Shown in pieces: positions 20,503-29,932 of a stretch of DNA of 64,000 bases; within the stretch, counting starts at the first letter, position 1; the number at the start of each line of letters is the position of its first letter. The position numbers were made by a program, and so were the translations under genes. Under the pieces are notes generated by a model that worked only from the letters and a program-made list of their open reading frames with translations, was not told the origin of the DNA and did not search any database. The stretch is from Longimicrobiales bacterium. GTDB lineage: Bacteria > Gemmatimonadota > Gemmatimonadetes > Longimicrobiales > Gaopeijiaceae. The stretch is from positions 320,001 through 384,000 of the forward strand of contig JAWLHJ010000003.1 in assembly GCA_041690395.1 (NCBI GenBank), written 5' to 3'.

Positions 20503-21078
20503 TCAGAGGGGATCCGCCTCCCCCGCCGCGGCGTCCACTCCAGCCCCCTCCGTCTCGGTGCCCTCCACTTCAGCGGCATTCTCGGCCGCCGCAGCTTCCC
20601 GTGCGATCTGCTTCTCCTCCAGCCAGAACGAGATCGCCAGCATGACGGCGCCGCAGGTGATGGCCATGTCGGCCACGTTGAAGATCGGGAAGTACCAGAA
20701 CCCCAGATCGAGCGGACCGATGAAGTCGACGACGCCACGGTCCCACCGGAGCCGGTCGTAGAGATTGCCCAGCGCGCCGGACACGACGAGCGCGATCGCC
20801 CCGATGCGCAGCCAGTCACCCCGCTCCGCCTGCTTGAAGAGGACGCCAAGCAGGCCCAGTGCCACGAACGTGATCGGCACGAAGAGCCAACGCGAGTCCT
20901 CTCCAACGCTGATGCCGAAGGCCGCGCCCTTGTTGAAGGCCAGCGTCAACGGCACCAGCCCGCCGAACAGCTCGCCCCGCTCGAAGGCCAGGGTGCGGAG
21001 CGCCCAGCTCTTGGTGACGAGATCGAGCGCGAGCACGACCGGGAGCGTGACGGCGAGAACGGTGAGCTTGGATCGCAC
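20503..21078 (-). CDS. lspA: Lipoprotein signal peptidase II
   Basis: LDLVTK, NKGAAFG, GALGNLYDRL, VVDFI, FNVAD. Confidence 0.95.
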   Translation of the reverse strand: MRSKLTVLAVTLPVVLALDLVTKSWALRTLAFERGELFGGLVPLTLAFNKGAAFGISVGEDSRWLFVPITFVALGLLGVLFKQAERGDWLRIGAIALVVSGALGNLYDRLRWDRGVVDFIGPLDLGFWYFPIFNVADMAITCGAVMLAISFWLEEKQIAREAAAAENAAEVEGTETEGAGVDAAAGEADPL

Positions 21079-21165
21079 GGGCGGTCCGATTCCGGGAATC
21101 GAGGGACGGGAGGGTTTCGCCAGTCTACGCGTTCGGCGGCGGTTCGTTCCCCGCGGGCGCGCGCG

Positions 21166-22746
21166 TCAAATGCGTCCGGGCTCGTCTCCGACACGCCCCA
21201 CCCACGAGATCGAAAAGAGGTCGGTGCGACGGTCGTTCCACGGCTGCACCGTCCCCGAGTAACGGTGGCGGCGGAGGAGCGCGAGGTCGACGTCCGCGAT
21301 GACGAGCGTCTCGACGTCGGGCGTGGACTCCGCGGCGATCCCGTCACGGGCGAAAGAGAAGTCGAGCGGGGTGAAGATGGCCGACTGCGCGTAGTGCACG
21401 TCGGCGTTGTCCACGAACGGCAGATTCCCCGTGCAACCGGCGATCGCGACGAACACGTCGTTCTCGACCGCCCGCGACATGGCCGCGTAGCGAGTCCTCA
21501 GGTAAGCCGACCGATCGCTCGCCGTGAACGGAACGAACAGGATCTCCGCACCGAGCCCCGAAGCGATGCGGGCCAATTCCGGGAACGCGACGTCGTAGGA
21601 CACCAGGATCGCGATCTTGCCGTGGTCCGTATCGAACACGCCGAAGCCCTCACCGCCCTCGAGGCCCCACCAGCGTCGCTCGTCCGGGGTCACGTGCAGC
21701 TTAGCCTGCTGCTCGATCGTGCCGTCGCGCCGGAACAGGTAGGCGATGTTGTACAGCCGATCGCCCTGCAGTGTGAACTGCGAGCCCCCGATGATGTTCA
21801 CGTTGTACTTCACCGCGGACCGGGTGAAGAACTCCAGATAGTCCGCGGTCCGGCCCGCCACGCCGCGCACCGCGTCGGCCGGCCGCCCCGCCGCCTCGAG
21901 CGCAAGGAGCTGCGTCGTCACGAGCTCGGGGAACAGCACGAAATCCGCCTTCTGGTCCGCCGCCGCATCCAGGAAGTACGCGCACTGGCGGCAGAACTCG
22001 TCCCAGCTCTCGATGGGACGCATCTGGTACTGCACCGCGCACAGCCGTACGGGGACCACGCGCTGCCAGGCCTTCTGGGGGTCGGGCACGTAGTCCAGGT
22101 TGGTCCACTCGAGGTGCGTCGCGTACCCGCGGGATGCCTCGTCCGACGGGAAATAGTCGGGAATGAGCGCCTTCAGCACGAAGCCGTTCGCGACCTGAGT
22201 GGTGAGCACGGGATCGTACAGCCCGCGTTCGGTCACCTTCTCGACGTACTCGCGAGCGGTCATCTCCTCGGCCTGGCCGCCGTACCCGGGAATGCGGCCG
22301 CCGATCACGATGCGCGCGAGGTTGAGGCGCCTGCAGAGGTCCTTGCGGGCGTCGTAGAGGCGCCGCGCAAGGTGCATGCCCCGGAAGTCCGGGTCCACCA
22401 TGATCTCGATGCCGTAGAGCGTGTCGCCATCGGGCTCATGATTGCGAATGAAGCCGGCGTCGGAGATCCGGGTCCAGTCGTGCCAGTCCTCGTAGCGATC
22501 GTAGTCCACGATGAGGGAGCTCGACGAAGCCACGATACGGCCGTCCAGCTCGATGCAGAGCTGCCCCTCCGGGAAGGTCCGGATCTGACTCTCGATCTGG
22601 TCGCGGCCCCACGGCTTCATGCCCGGAAACGAGCGGAGCTGCATGTCCACGAGCGCGTCGTAGTCGTCTTGCCGAATCGGTCGAAGCCGTATCTTCTTCT
22701 CGAAGTCCTTCAGCCGAAGCTTCACGCCCGTCCTCTTTTCCGACAT
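21166..22746 (-). CDS. Bifunctional GNAT acetyltransferase / carbon-nitrogen hydrolase (nitrilase nucleophile Cys replaced by Ser)
   Basis: [32 protein letters not shown] hydrolase: FPEL, KLHVTP, but SYDVAFPE in place of CYD(V/I)EFPE. GGAG RBS before ATG 22746. Confidence 0.88.
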   Translation of the reverse strand: MSEKRTGVKLRLKDFEKKIRLRPIRQDDYDALVDMQLRSFPGMKPWGRDQIESQIRTFPEGQLCIELDGRIVASSSSLIVDYDRYEDWHDWTRISDAGFIRNHEPDGDTLYGIEIMVDPDFRGMHLARRLYDARKDLCRRLNLARIVIGGRIPGYGGQAEEMTAREYVEKVTERGLYDPVLTTQVANGFVLKALIPDYFPSDEASRGYATHLEWTNLDYVPDPQKAWQRVVPVRLCAVQYQMRPIESWDEFCRQCAYFLDAAADQKADFVLFPELVTTQLLALEAAGRPADAVRGVAGRTADYLEFFTRSAVKYNVNIIGGSQFTLQGDRLYNIAYLFRRDGTIEQQAKLHVTPDERRWWGLEGGEGFGVFDTDHGKIAILVSYDVAFPELARIASGLGAEILFVPFTASDRSAYLRTRYAAMSRAVENDVFVAIAGCTGNLPFVDNADVHYAQSAIFTPLDFSFARDGIAAESTPDVETLVIADVDLALLRRHRYSGTVQPWNDRRTDLFSISWVGRVGDEPGRI

Positions 22747-22762
22747 CGAAGGCTCCAAATAA

Positions 22763-23578
22763 ATGCTGATCGATTGCCACGTGCACCTGAATAACTACTA
22801 CACCGAAGAGGGCAAGCATCCCAGGCCGACGCGTGAGAACGTCGACCTCCTCTTCCAGGAGATGGACACGCACGGCATCGACCACGCGGTCGTGCTCACG
22901 TCGTATCTGGTCAACGTCTCCCGCCCGGCCGTCGAGGAGCTGCTCGAGCTCCTCGCCGAGGACGGTCGCACGACCATCGTCGAAGGCCTCCGGTGGCGGA
23001 GCGAGAACCGGACCGACCTGTTCGTCATGGAGGAGCGCATACGGGACGGGCTCGTGAAGGGCATCAAGCTCTACCCGGGATACGACCGTTACGCCATCAA
23101 CGACCCCTCGCTCGAGGCGGTCTTCCGGATCGCGGCCAAGCATGACGTGCCGGTGATGATCCACACCGGAGACACGTTCGCCAAGGGAGCGAAGGTCAGC
23201 CAGGCCCACCCGCTGCTCGTCGACGACGTGGCCGTGGACTTCCCGGACGTGCGCTTCGTGATGTGCCACCTGGGCAACCCGTGGTTCATGGATGCGGCTC
23301 AGGTCCTCTACAAGAACGACAACGTCTGGGCGGACGTGTCGGGGCTGGCGCTGAAGGAACCCGACGACGTCTACATGCGCTTCCTGGCCGACGGGGTCCA
23401 GCGCATGGTGTCGTACATGGGCGACCCCGGGACGAAGCTGATGTACGGCACCGACTGGCCGTTGGCCGATATGGGGATGTACCGCCGGCTCTTCGACCGC
23501 CTCGGGCTTCCCGAGGAGTCCAGGGAGGGCATCCTCTGGAAGACCGCTGCGGACCTTTTCGGGATCGAGGTTTCGTGA
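22763..23578 (+). CDS. Amidohydrolase family protein (Amidohydro_2-like)
   Basis: [38 protein letters not shown]. Confidence 0.92.
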   Translation: MLIDCHVHLNNYYTEEGKHPRPTRENVDLLFQEMDTHGIDHAVVLTSYLVNVSRPAVEELLELLAEDGRTTIVEGLRWRSENRTDLFVMEERIRDGLVKGIKLYPGYDRYAINDPSLEAVFRIAAKHDVPVMIHTGDTFAKGAKVSQAHPLLVDDVAVDFPDVRFVMCHLGNPWFMDAAQVLYKNDNVWADVSGLALKEPDDVYMRFLADGVQRMVSYMGDPGTKLMYGTDWPLADMGMYRRLFDRLGLPEESREGILWKTAADLFGIEVS

Positions 23579-24273
23579 CGAGTGTCCCGGCCGGGGCGGC
23601 GTCCGGGCGGGCAGGCGGCGCGCGCGTGAGGCGCCCGCCCTTCCGGGCCGTCGCGCTCGGTGGACGAACCTACCAGGCGCTGGACCTCGACCACCCCGAG
23701 ATCGTGCGCGAGGTCACCCGCGACATGGACGAAGGCATTGCCGTCTACTACGACCGGAGGTGGGGGCTGACCGAGCGGTTCTGCCGTTTCCTTCTCGAGC
23801 GGCCCGCCCTGGTCGAGGGGCGCAAGGTCCTGGTGGCCGGCGCGGGGGTCGGCCTCGAGGCCGTGGTGATCGCGTCGCTGGCCGGACGGACGGTCGTCAA
23901 CGACCTGGCGCCGGCCTCGTTGACCCTCGCCGCGCGTCAACTCGAGGCGAACGGCCTGCAGCGCTTCGATCTCGACCCAGGGCTCTTCCAGGACGCGGAT
24001 CTCGACGGCGTCGACCTGGTGATCGCGTGCTTCGTCGTGTACAACGGAGAGACTCGAGACGCGATGGCCGAGCTCCTCCGCCGTGCGGCGGGGCGCGATA
24101 TCCCCGTCGTCCTGGCGAACGAGGACGTGGGCTCGTACTTCCAGGAGGTGCTGGACGGCGCCGCGGGGTCCGTGGAGACGATGGCGGAGTTCGAGCGCGG
24201 GCGGGTCGTCCGAGTGGGTGGTCCGGCTGGATCGAGTGGGCGAGGAGGTGAGTCTTTCTCCGCCTCCTCGTGA
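23575..24273 (+). CDS. Class I SAM-dependent methyltransferase (lysine methyltransferase-like)
   Basis: VEGRKVLVAGAGVGL glycine-rich SAM motif followed by VVND. GTGA overlap with the amidohydrolase. Confidence 0.7.
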   Translation: MTSVPAGAASGRAGGARVRRPPFRAVALGGRTYQALDLDHPEIVREVTRDMDEGIAVYYDRRWGLTERFCRFLLERPALVEGRKVLVAGAGVGLEAVVIASLAGRTVVNDLAPASLTLAARQLEANGLQRFDLDPGLFQDADLDGVDLVIACFVVYNGETRDAMAELLRRAAGRDIPVVLANEDVGSYFQEVLDGAAGSVETMAEFERGRVVRVGGPAGSSGRGGESFSASS

Positions 24274-24300
24274 GTCGTTCGATGTTCGAACGGTTTCTTT
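24273..24300 (+). terminator. Putative intrinsic terminator
   Basis: AGTCGTTCGA-tgt-TCGAACGGTT stem running into TTTCTTT immediately after the stop codon. Confidence 0.6.
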
Positions 24301-24455
24301 CGCCTCGCCGACAATGACGTAGGACTCCTATGTCCCGGTGGGGTGCGGAGATACGCTCAGGGGGTCCCCATGAGCGATCCTCTCCAAGTCGTTCGACTTT
24401 CGAACGACTTTCGAAGCTCGCGTGCAAGGGGCCGCAGCACGAAGCCGGTCGCACT

Positions 24456-25331
24456 CTACCGCGAGAAATCGATCGACTCCAGCTCCACCGTCCTCCGCCA
24501 CGCGTCATACTGCCGACGAAGGTCCAGGAGCGGATTCTCAGCCAGCCGCTCGGTGTGCACGGAGAGCGCAAGCCACGGCGCGTCGGGGGTGCCGGCGTCG
24601 GTCATGCCGATGTTCTCGGTCGCGTAGGGCTCGTCCCCTCCGCGCGCCACCAGGATGGCGGCCATGGACGTCGTCTGGCGGACGTTCCCCTGATTACAGC
24701 GAACGTCGCCTCCCGCGACGGACCCCGCCTCGAGGGCCCTCATGAGCCGGTCGGGGAGCGAGTTGAAGCCGGCCGGGTCGTCCCGCCGGTAGGCGTCGAG
24801 CGGCGCTCGCACGACCTCGGGGCTCTCCAGGGTGTTCCCCTGTGAGCTCACCCCGTGGCTCGCGTCGGCCATGACGCCCGCGTACCGCACCGAACCGTCC
24901 TCGTCGGTGGTCATCCCCTGTCTGGACGGCGTGGTGTAGCCGGCCACGTGCACCAGTCCGTCGTGCATGGTGACCACCCCGTACTGGCGCCGGTCGAGCT
25001 CGGTGTCGCGCTCCGGATCGGTGACGCGCAGGATCACCTCCTCGGCCGTCAGCCCCTCCTGGATGGCCTCGAACACGACGTTCCGGTTGTCGATGTCGAA
25101 GCCCGCCTGCGTGGCGGCAGCGCCCATCCCGGGCACGAGCGCGGCCACCCCGTCGCCGAACGTCTCGACGCACGACGACACCGCGACCCCGACGTCTCCG
25201 GTCTCCGGATCCACCGCGACCACGGACCACGTGGTCATGTCGAGCTCGCGGGGATACTCCGGCTCCTCCGGGGCGCACGCCACCAGGGTCACGAGGGCGA
25301 AGATGGGGGCGGTCCGCAGGGTCGGGTGCAT
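24456..25331 (-). CDS. DUF1028 family (Ntn-hydrolase-like) lipoprotein
   Basis: Lipobox LVAC; TWSVVAVDPETGDVGVAVSS, AATQA, RQYGVV, QGNTL, ALEAG..AGGDVR. Confidence 0.85.
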   Translation of the reverse strand: MHPTLRTAPIFALVTLVACAPEEPEYPRELDMTTWSVVAVDPETGDVGVAVSSCVETFGDGVAALVPGMGAAATQAGFDIDNRNVVFEAIQEGLTAEEVILRVTDPERDTELDRRQYGVVTMHDGLVHVAGYTTPSRQGMTTDEDGSVRYAGVMADASHGVSSQGNTLESPEVVRAPLDAYRRDDPAGFNSLPDRLMRALEAGSVAGGDVRCNQGNVRQTTSMAAILVARGGDEPYATENIGMTDAGTPDAPWLALSVHTERLAENPLLDLRRQYDAWRRTVELESIDFSR

Positions 25332-25433
25332 CGAATTCACTCCGTGAGGTTTCGTTGGGTCGCGCCAAGGTAGGGCGGCGCGAGGGAGGGCGCCACGCGG
25401 TCCGTCTCGCACTCGAGCGCGACATCTCCTCCG

Positions 25434-25511
25434 GTCACTTCCGAGTCACCGAAAGCGCGCGAAGCGGGCTCATTCCGGTGCGCCGGTCACGGCTCCGTAA
25501 AATGCTGTAAA
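25434..25511 (+). promoter_or_regulatory. Pho-box-like direct repeats upstream of phoX
   Basis: GTCAC at 25434 and 25445 (11-bp period); GTCAC 25486, GTAAA 25497 and GTAAA 25507. Confidence 0.4.
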
Positions 25512-25608
25512 GAGATGGCTTCGAGGGCCGAAATCGCATTGTGGGACGGGCCTTTCTACCGGTAGCGTCATCGCGTCCCATCGACGCATCCTCCCTCGGA
25601 GACACCCC

Positions 25609-27003
25609 ATGACCGACCTCTCACGCCGCAACTTCCTGCGCAGGGCCGCCATCGCGGCACCTTCGCTCGCGGGCCTCGTCGCCTGCTCCGACCGCACGAT
25701 CCTCGAGCCCCTGGCGGGCGACGCGCCGTCGCTGGCCAGGGGTGGCCTGGGCGGCCGCCCGGGATACGGCGAGCTGAAGGTGTACAAGGACTACCCGCAG
25801 ATCTCCCTCCCCCCGGGGTTCCACGCCCGGCTGCTCAGCACCTCCGGCGACGTCATGAGCGACGGCAACATCACCGGCAACGCGCTGGACGGAATGGGCG
25901 CCTTCGCCGCGGGCGGCAACCGCGTCCGCCTGGTCCGAAACCACGAGATCCGGAACGGACGGAACGACCCGAACCGGCGTCCGCTCGCGAGCGGTAACCT
26001 CTACGACGACTTCGCGCCGTCCGGCAACACGACGCTCGAGGTCGAGGTACGCCCCGACGGCTCGGCCGAGCTCAAGCGTGACTTCGTGTCCCTCGCCGGT
26101 ACCTACGTGAACTGCGCCGGTGGCGAGACTCCGTGGGGGAGCTGGATCACCTGTGAGGAGACCGTGGCGGGAACGGGCGCCGGTTGGGCGCGGAATCACG
26201 GGTACAACTTCGAGATCCCGGCTGCGGCCAATGGCATCGTCGCCCCCGTCCCGCTGCGCGAGATGGGACGCTTCGTGCACGAGGCCATCGCCGTGGACCC
26301 GGACACCGGCATCGTCTACCAGACCGAGGACCGGAACCCGAGCGGGTTCTACCGCTTCATCCCTCGTGTGCCGCGTCAGCTCGACCAGGGCGGAACGCTG
26401 GAGATGCTGGCCATCCGGAGCCAGCCGCAGTACGACACCCGCCGCGGTCAGATCGTGGGCGTGAGCCTCGAGTGCGAGTGGGTGCCTATCGAGAACCCGG
26501 ACACGGACGAGCCATCGATTTCGAGTGGCTTCGTGTTCGACCAGGGCGACGCGCTCGGCGGCGCCCGGTTCGCCCGTCTCGAGGGATGCTGGTGGGGCGA
26601 CGGTGGCGTGTACTTCAATGCCACGAGCGGCGGCGACGCGGGTGCGGGCCAGGTGTTCAAATTCACGCCCGACGGCATCAACGGCGGAGAGCTCACCCTC
26701 GTGTTCGAGTCGCCCGGGACCGACGTGCTGAACTCGCCCGACAACATCTGCATCAGCCCGCGCGGCGGCATCGTGATCTGCGAGGACGGCTCCGGCACGT
26801 GTTACGTCCGGGGCATCACCCGGAGCGGCGAGGTCTTCGACCTGGTGCGCAACAACGTGAACACGGCCGAATGGGCCGGCGCATGTTTCAGTCCCCAGGG
26901 CCGGACCCTGTTCGTGAACATCCAGGGCTCCACGAACAGCGCGTCGTCGACGCTCGGTCAGACGTTCGCGATCTGGGGGCCGTGGGAGTCGGGTCCGCTC
27001 TAA
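25609..27003 (+). CDS. phoX: PhoX-family alkaline phosphatase (DUF839), Tat-exported
   Basis: SRRNFL Tat motif; DGMG, RNHE, NCAGGETPWGSWITCEE, GRFVHEA, ARLEG, PDNI, ICED, EWAG, FVNIQ. Confidence 0.9.
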   Translation: MTDLSRRNFLRRAAIAAPSLAGLVACSDRTILEPLAGDAPSLARGGLGGRPGYGELKVYKDYPQISLPPGFHARLLSTSGDVMSDGNITGNALDGMGAFAAGGNRVRLVRNHEIRNGRNDPNRRPLASGNLYDDFAPSGNTTLEVEVRPDGSAELKRDFVSLAGTYVNCAGGETPWGSWITCEETVAGTGAGWARNHGYNFEIPAAANGIVAPVPLREMGRFVHEAIAVDPDTGIVYQTEDRNPSGFYRFIPRVPRQLDQGGTLEMLAIRSQPQYDTRRGQIVGVSLECEWVPIENPDTDEPSISSGFVFDQGDALGGARFARLEGCWWGDGGVYFNATSGGDAGAGQVFKFTPDGINGGELTLVFESPGTDVLNSPDNICISPRGGIVICEDGSGTCYVRGITRSGEVFDLVRNNVNTAEWAGACFSPQGRTLFVNIQGSTNSASSTLGQTFAIWGPWESGPL

Positions 27004-27032
27004 CCGCCCCCGGATGAGCCACCAGCAGCACG

Positions 27033-27070
27033 CGTCGGCGCCTCCTCCGGGGGGCGCCGACGTTCCTTCC
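27033..27070 (+). terminator. GC-rich hairpin after phoX, possible weak terminator
   Basis: CGTCGGCGCC...GGCGCCGACG inverted repeat followed by ttccttcc. Confidence 0.5.
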
Positions 27071-27092
27071 TCCAAGAAACGACGAGAGAACG

Positions 27093-27560
27093 ATGTCGAC
27101 CAGATTCGTACACATCGAGACCGACAAGGGCCGCATTACCGCCGAGCTGTTCGAGCGTGACTGCCCGGGAACGGTCGAGCATTTCGAGCAGCTCGTGCGG
27201 GACGGCTTCTACGACGGTACGGCGGTCCACGGCGTTGAGCCGGACCGCCTGCTCGCCGCGGGAGACCCGCTCTCCCGGGACCTCCCCGTCGACGATCCAC
27301 GGGTAGGAACCGGCGGTCCAGAGCGGACCATCCCCTGCGAATGGGTGGGGAACAAGAACCGGCACGAGCAGGGGGCGCTGACCATGATCACCGACGGCCC
27401 GGACACGGGTGGCAGCCGCTTCGGAATCGTGCTGGCCGAGGACGGACTGCCCGAGCGAGACGGAGCGCACACGGTGTTCGGCGAGGTGACGGAGGGCATC
27501 GAGGTCGCGCGTGCGCTGGAAGTCGGCGACCGCCTCCGGGTGCTCACGATCCACGAGTAG
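27093..27560 (+). CDS. Cyclophilin-fold protein with a degenerate active site
   Basis: IETDKGRI, PGTVEHF, GFYDG, GTGGP, DTGGS, HTVFGEV are present, but HGV replaces HRV, LAAGD replaces IQGGD and SRFGI replaces SQFFI. Confidence 0.85.
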   Translation: MSTRFVHIETDKGRITAELFERDCPGTVEHFEQLVRDGFYDGTAVHGVEPDRLLAAGDPLSRDLPVDDPRVGTGGPERTIPCEWVGNKNRHEQGALTMITDGPDTGGSRFGIVLAEDGLPERDGAHTVFGEVTEGIEVARALEVGDRLRVLTIHE

Positions 27561-27642
27561 CGCCGGCGCTGGCCAGAGGCGGCGGGGTGTCCCATGATAG
27601 GCGCAGATCTCCGCCGCCTCGCCCTCGACAGGTCGCAGCGCC

Positions 27643-28857
27643 ATGCCGAGTCTTCGACCCCTGCTCGCCCTCACCGCCATCGTGGCGGCGTGCACCTCCG
27701 ACAACGACCGTCCCGACGCCCCCGCTGCGGCCACGGTGCGCGACAGCGCCGGCGTCACCCTCGTAGAGAACGCCGCGGCCGCCTTCGACGCCGACGCCCC
27801 CTGGACCGTCGGAGCCGAGCCCACGCTCGACCTCGGTACGGTCGAAGGAGACGGTCCCGAGGCCTTCTTTCGGGTGACCGACGTCCATCGAGCTCCGGAC
27901 GGCCGCGTCCTGGTCGCGGACGCCGGACACGCGGAGGTGCGGGTCTTCTCGGCGGACGGGTCGCATCTCTCGACGTGGGGCCGGCAGGGGGACGGGCCCG
28001 GCGAGTTCCGAGCGCCCGGCGCCCTCCTCCCCTGGCCGGCGGGCGATACCATGGCTGTTTGGGACCAGCGCCAGAGGCGGCTCACCCTGTTCGACGCCGC
28101 CGGCAACCCGGGCCGGTCCCTGCCGATGTCCGAGGCGGCCGGCATCACCTCTCCGCGTGTGCCGGGAATCCTGCCGGACGGAGCGCTGCTCCTCACAGGC
28201 ATCGATTTCTCCTTCGACGACGCGGGCGACGGACTGGTTCGCCCGCCCAACTCGGCCGCTCTAGTGGAGCCCGATCTCTCGGAGCGAGCCCATCTCGGCA
28301 CGCACCCGGGATCCGAGGCGCGCATGAGCGTGTCGCCGGAGCGGGTCGAGATCTTCCGCGTGCCGTTCGCCCGGGGCGTCGTGGCCGAGGTCGTTGGAGA
28401 CCGAGTCGTCTTCTCGCCGACCGACCGGTGGGACCTCCGGATCCACGGGCGCGACGGACGACTCGAACGGATCGTGCGGGTGGACAGGGCCGCGACTCCC
28501 GTCACGCCGGCGATGGTCGAGGCGGAGATCGAGCGGCAGGTGGCCGGCGCTCCCGAGGTCGCCCGGGCGGGACTACGCACCCGACTCGCCGAAGGCCCCC
28601 ATCCCGAGGCCCTGCCCGCGTTCGGCGCGGTGGTGGGCGACGCCGGAGGACGTCTGTGGGTCGAGGTGTTCCGCCCGGAGGCAGAGGCCGGCCCGGCCCG
28701 CTGGGTCGTGTTCGACGCCGAGGGACGCCTGCTCGGTGGCCTGACGCTCCCCGAGGGGTTCACGCCGCATCGGGCCGGCGAGGGGTGGCTGCTCGGCGTC
28801 GCGGTGGACGAGCTGGGCGTCGAGAGGGTCCAGCTCTGGCCCCTGGCGCGTCGCTGA
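27643..28857 (+). CDS. 6-bladed beta-propeller (NHL-like) lipoprotein
   Basis: Lipobox VAAC; VRDSAGVTLVEN, WGRQGDGPGEF, C-terminal DELGVERV. Confidence 0.8.
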   Translation: MPSLRPLLALTAIVAACTSDNDRPDAPAAATVRDSAGVTLVENAAAAFDADAPWTVGAEPTLDLGTVEGDGPEAFFRVTDVHRAPDGRVLVADAGHAEVRVFSADGSHLSTWGRQGDGPGEFRAPGALLPWPAGDTMAVWDQRQRRLTLFDAAGNPGRSLPMSEAAGITSPRVPGILPDGALLLTGIDFSFDDAGDGLVRPPNSAALVEPDLSERAHLGTHPGSEARMSVSPERVEIFRVPFARGVVAEVVGDRVVFSPTDRWDLRIHGRDGRLERIVRVDRAATPVTPAMVEAEIERQVAGAPEVARAGLRTRLAEGPHPEALPAFGAVVGDAGGRLWVEVFRPEAEAGPARWVVFDAEGRLLGGLTLPEGFTPHRAGEGWLLGVAVDELGVERVQLWPLARR

Positions 28858-28935
28858 ACGAGTCACCTTGTCCATCGCGCAAGCGCGCCCCATCCTGGCA
28901 CCCCATCCGCAACCCGTGACCTCATGGAGGCCTCG

Positions 28936-29880
28936 ATGGCGCTCGGCTCCTGCGACCACACCGTTCACCAGCGACACCATCAGCACGTCTGGGACAGGGA
29001 CATCGACCCCGTGGTCGAGGTGGACGACGGTGCCAGCATCGAGTTCGAGACCACCGATTCATCGGGGGGACAGCTCGACGCGTCCTCCACCGCCGCGGAT
29101 CTCGCGGCCCTGGACTTCGACCGGGTGAACCCCGTCACCGGGCCCGTCTTCGTGAAGGGAGCGGCCCCGGGCGACATGCTCGAGGTCGAGATCCTGGAGC
29201 TGGGCACCACGGGCTGGGGGTGGACGGCCATCATACCGGGCTTCGGGCTCCTGGCGGATCAGTACCCGGACGGCTGGCTGAAGCATTGGGAGCTCGAGGC
29301 CGGCGCGCCGACCGCGGTGTTCGCCGACGGTGTCGAGATTCCGGTCGCGCCCTTCCCCGGCACGATCGGGGTCGCGCCACCGGACCCCGGTCCACACAGC
29401 ACGGTGCCCCCCACCAGATGGGGTGGGAACATGGATACCCGGCACCTCACGACCGGCACCAAGCTCTACCTCCCGGTGGGTGTCGAAGGCGCGTTGTTCT
29501 CCGTCGGGGACACGCACGCCGCCCAGGGAGACGGAGAAGTCTGCGGCACCGCCGTCGAATCCCCGATGCGTATCGCCCTCCGCTTCCGGGTACGTCGGGA
29601 CCTCGGCCTGCGGGCACCCGCGTTCGAGACCTTCGGGGCCGCACCCGCCGACCGCGCGACGTCCGGCTCCTTCGTCACGACCGGTGTCGGACCGAGCCTC
29701 ATGGACGCGGCGCGCGACGCGATCTCCGGCATGATCGACCACCTCATGGCCAGCCGCGGATTGGACGCGAACGAAGCGTATGCGCTGTGCAGTGTGGCGG
29801 TCGATCTCCGCATCCACGAGATCGTGGACCAGCCGAACTGGGTCGTGGGCGCCTGGCTGCCCAGGGAGATCCTGCGCTAG
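28936..29880 (+). CDS. Acetamidase/formamidase family protein
   Basis: NPVTGPVFVKGAAPGD, PFPGTIG, GGNMD, GDTHAAQGDGEVCGTAVE, EAYALCS; GGAGG RBS. Confidence 0.93.
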   Translation: MALGSCDHTVHQRHHQHVWDRDIDPVVEVDDGASIEFETTDSSGGQLDASSTAADLAALDFDRVNPVTGPVFVKGAAPGDMLEVEILELGTTGWGWTAIIPGFGLLADQYPDGWLKHWELEAGAPTAVFADGVEIPVAPFPGTIGVAPPDPGPHSTVPPTRWGGNMDTRHLTTGTKLYLPVGVEGALFSVGDTHAAQGDGEVCGTAVESPMRIALRFRVRRDLGLRAPAFETFGAAPADRATSGSFVTTGVGPSLMDAARDAISGMIDHLMASRGLDANEAYALCSVAVDLRIHEIVDQPNWVVGAWLPREILR

Positions 29881-29932
29881 CCACGGACCCGCCCCGCCCA
29901 CCAAACACGGACCACCACCCGGAGGACCACCC

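Noticed and set aside
24273..24415. CRISPR-like interpretation of the repeated palindrome
   Set aside because: Only two imperfect copies about 113 bp apart, and no cas genes.
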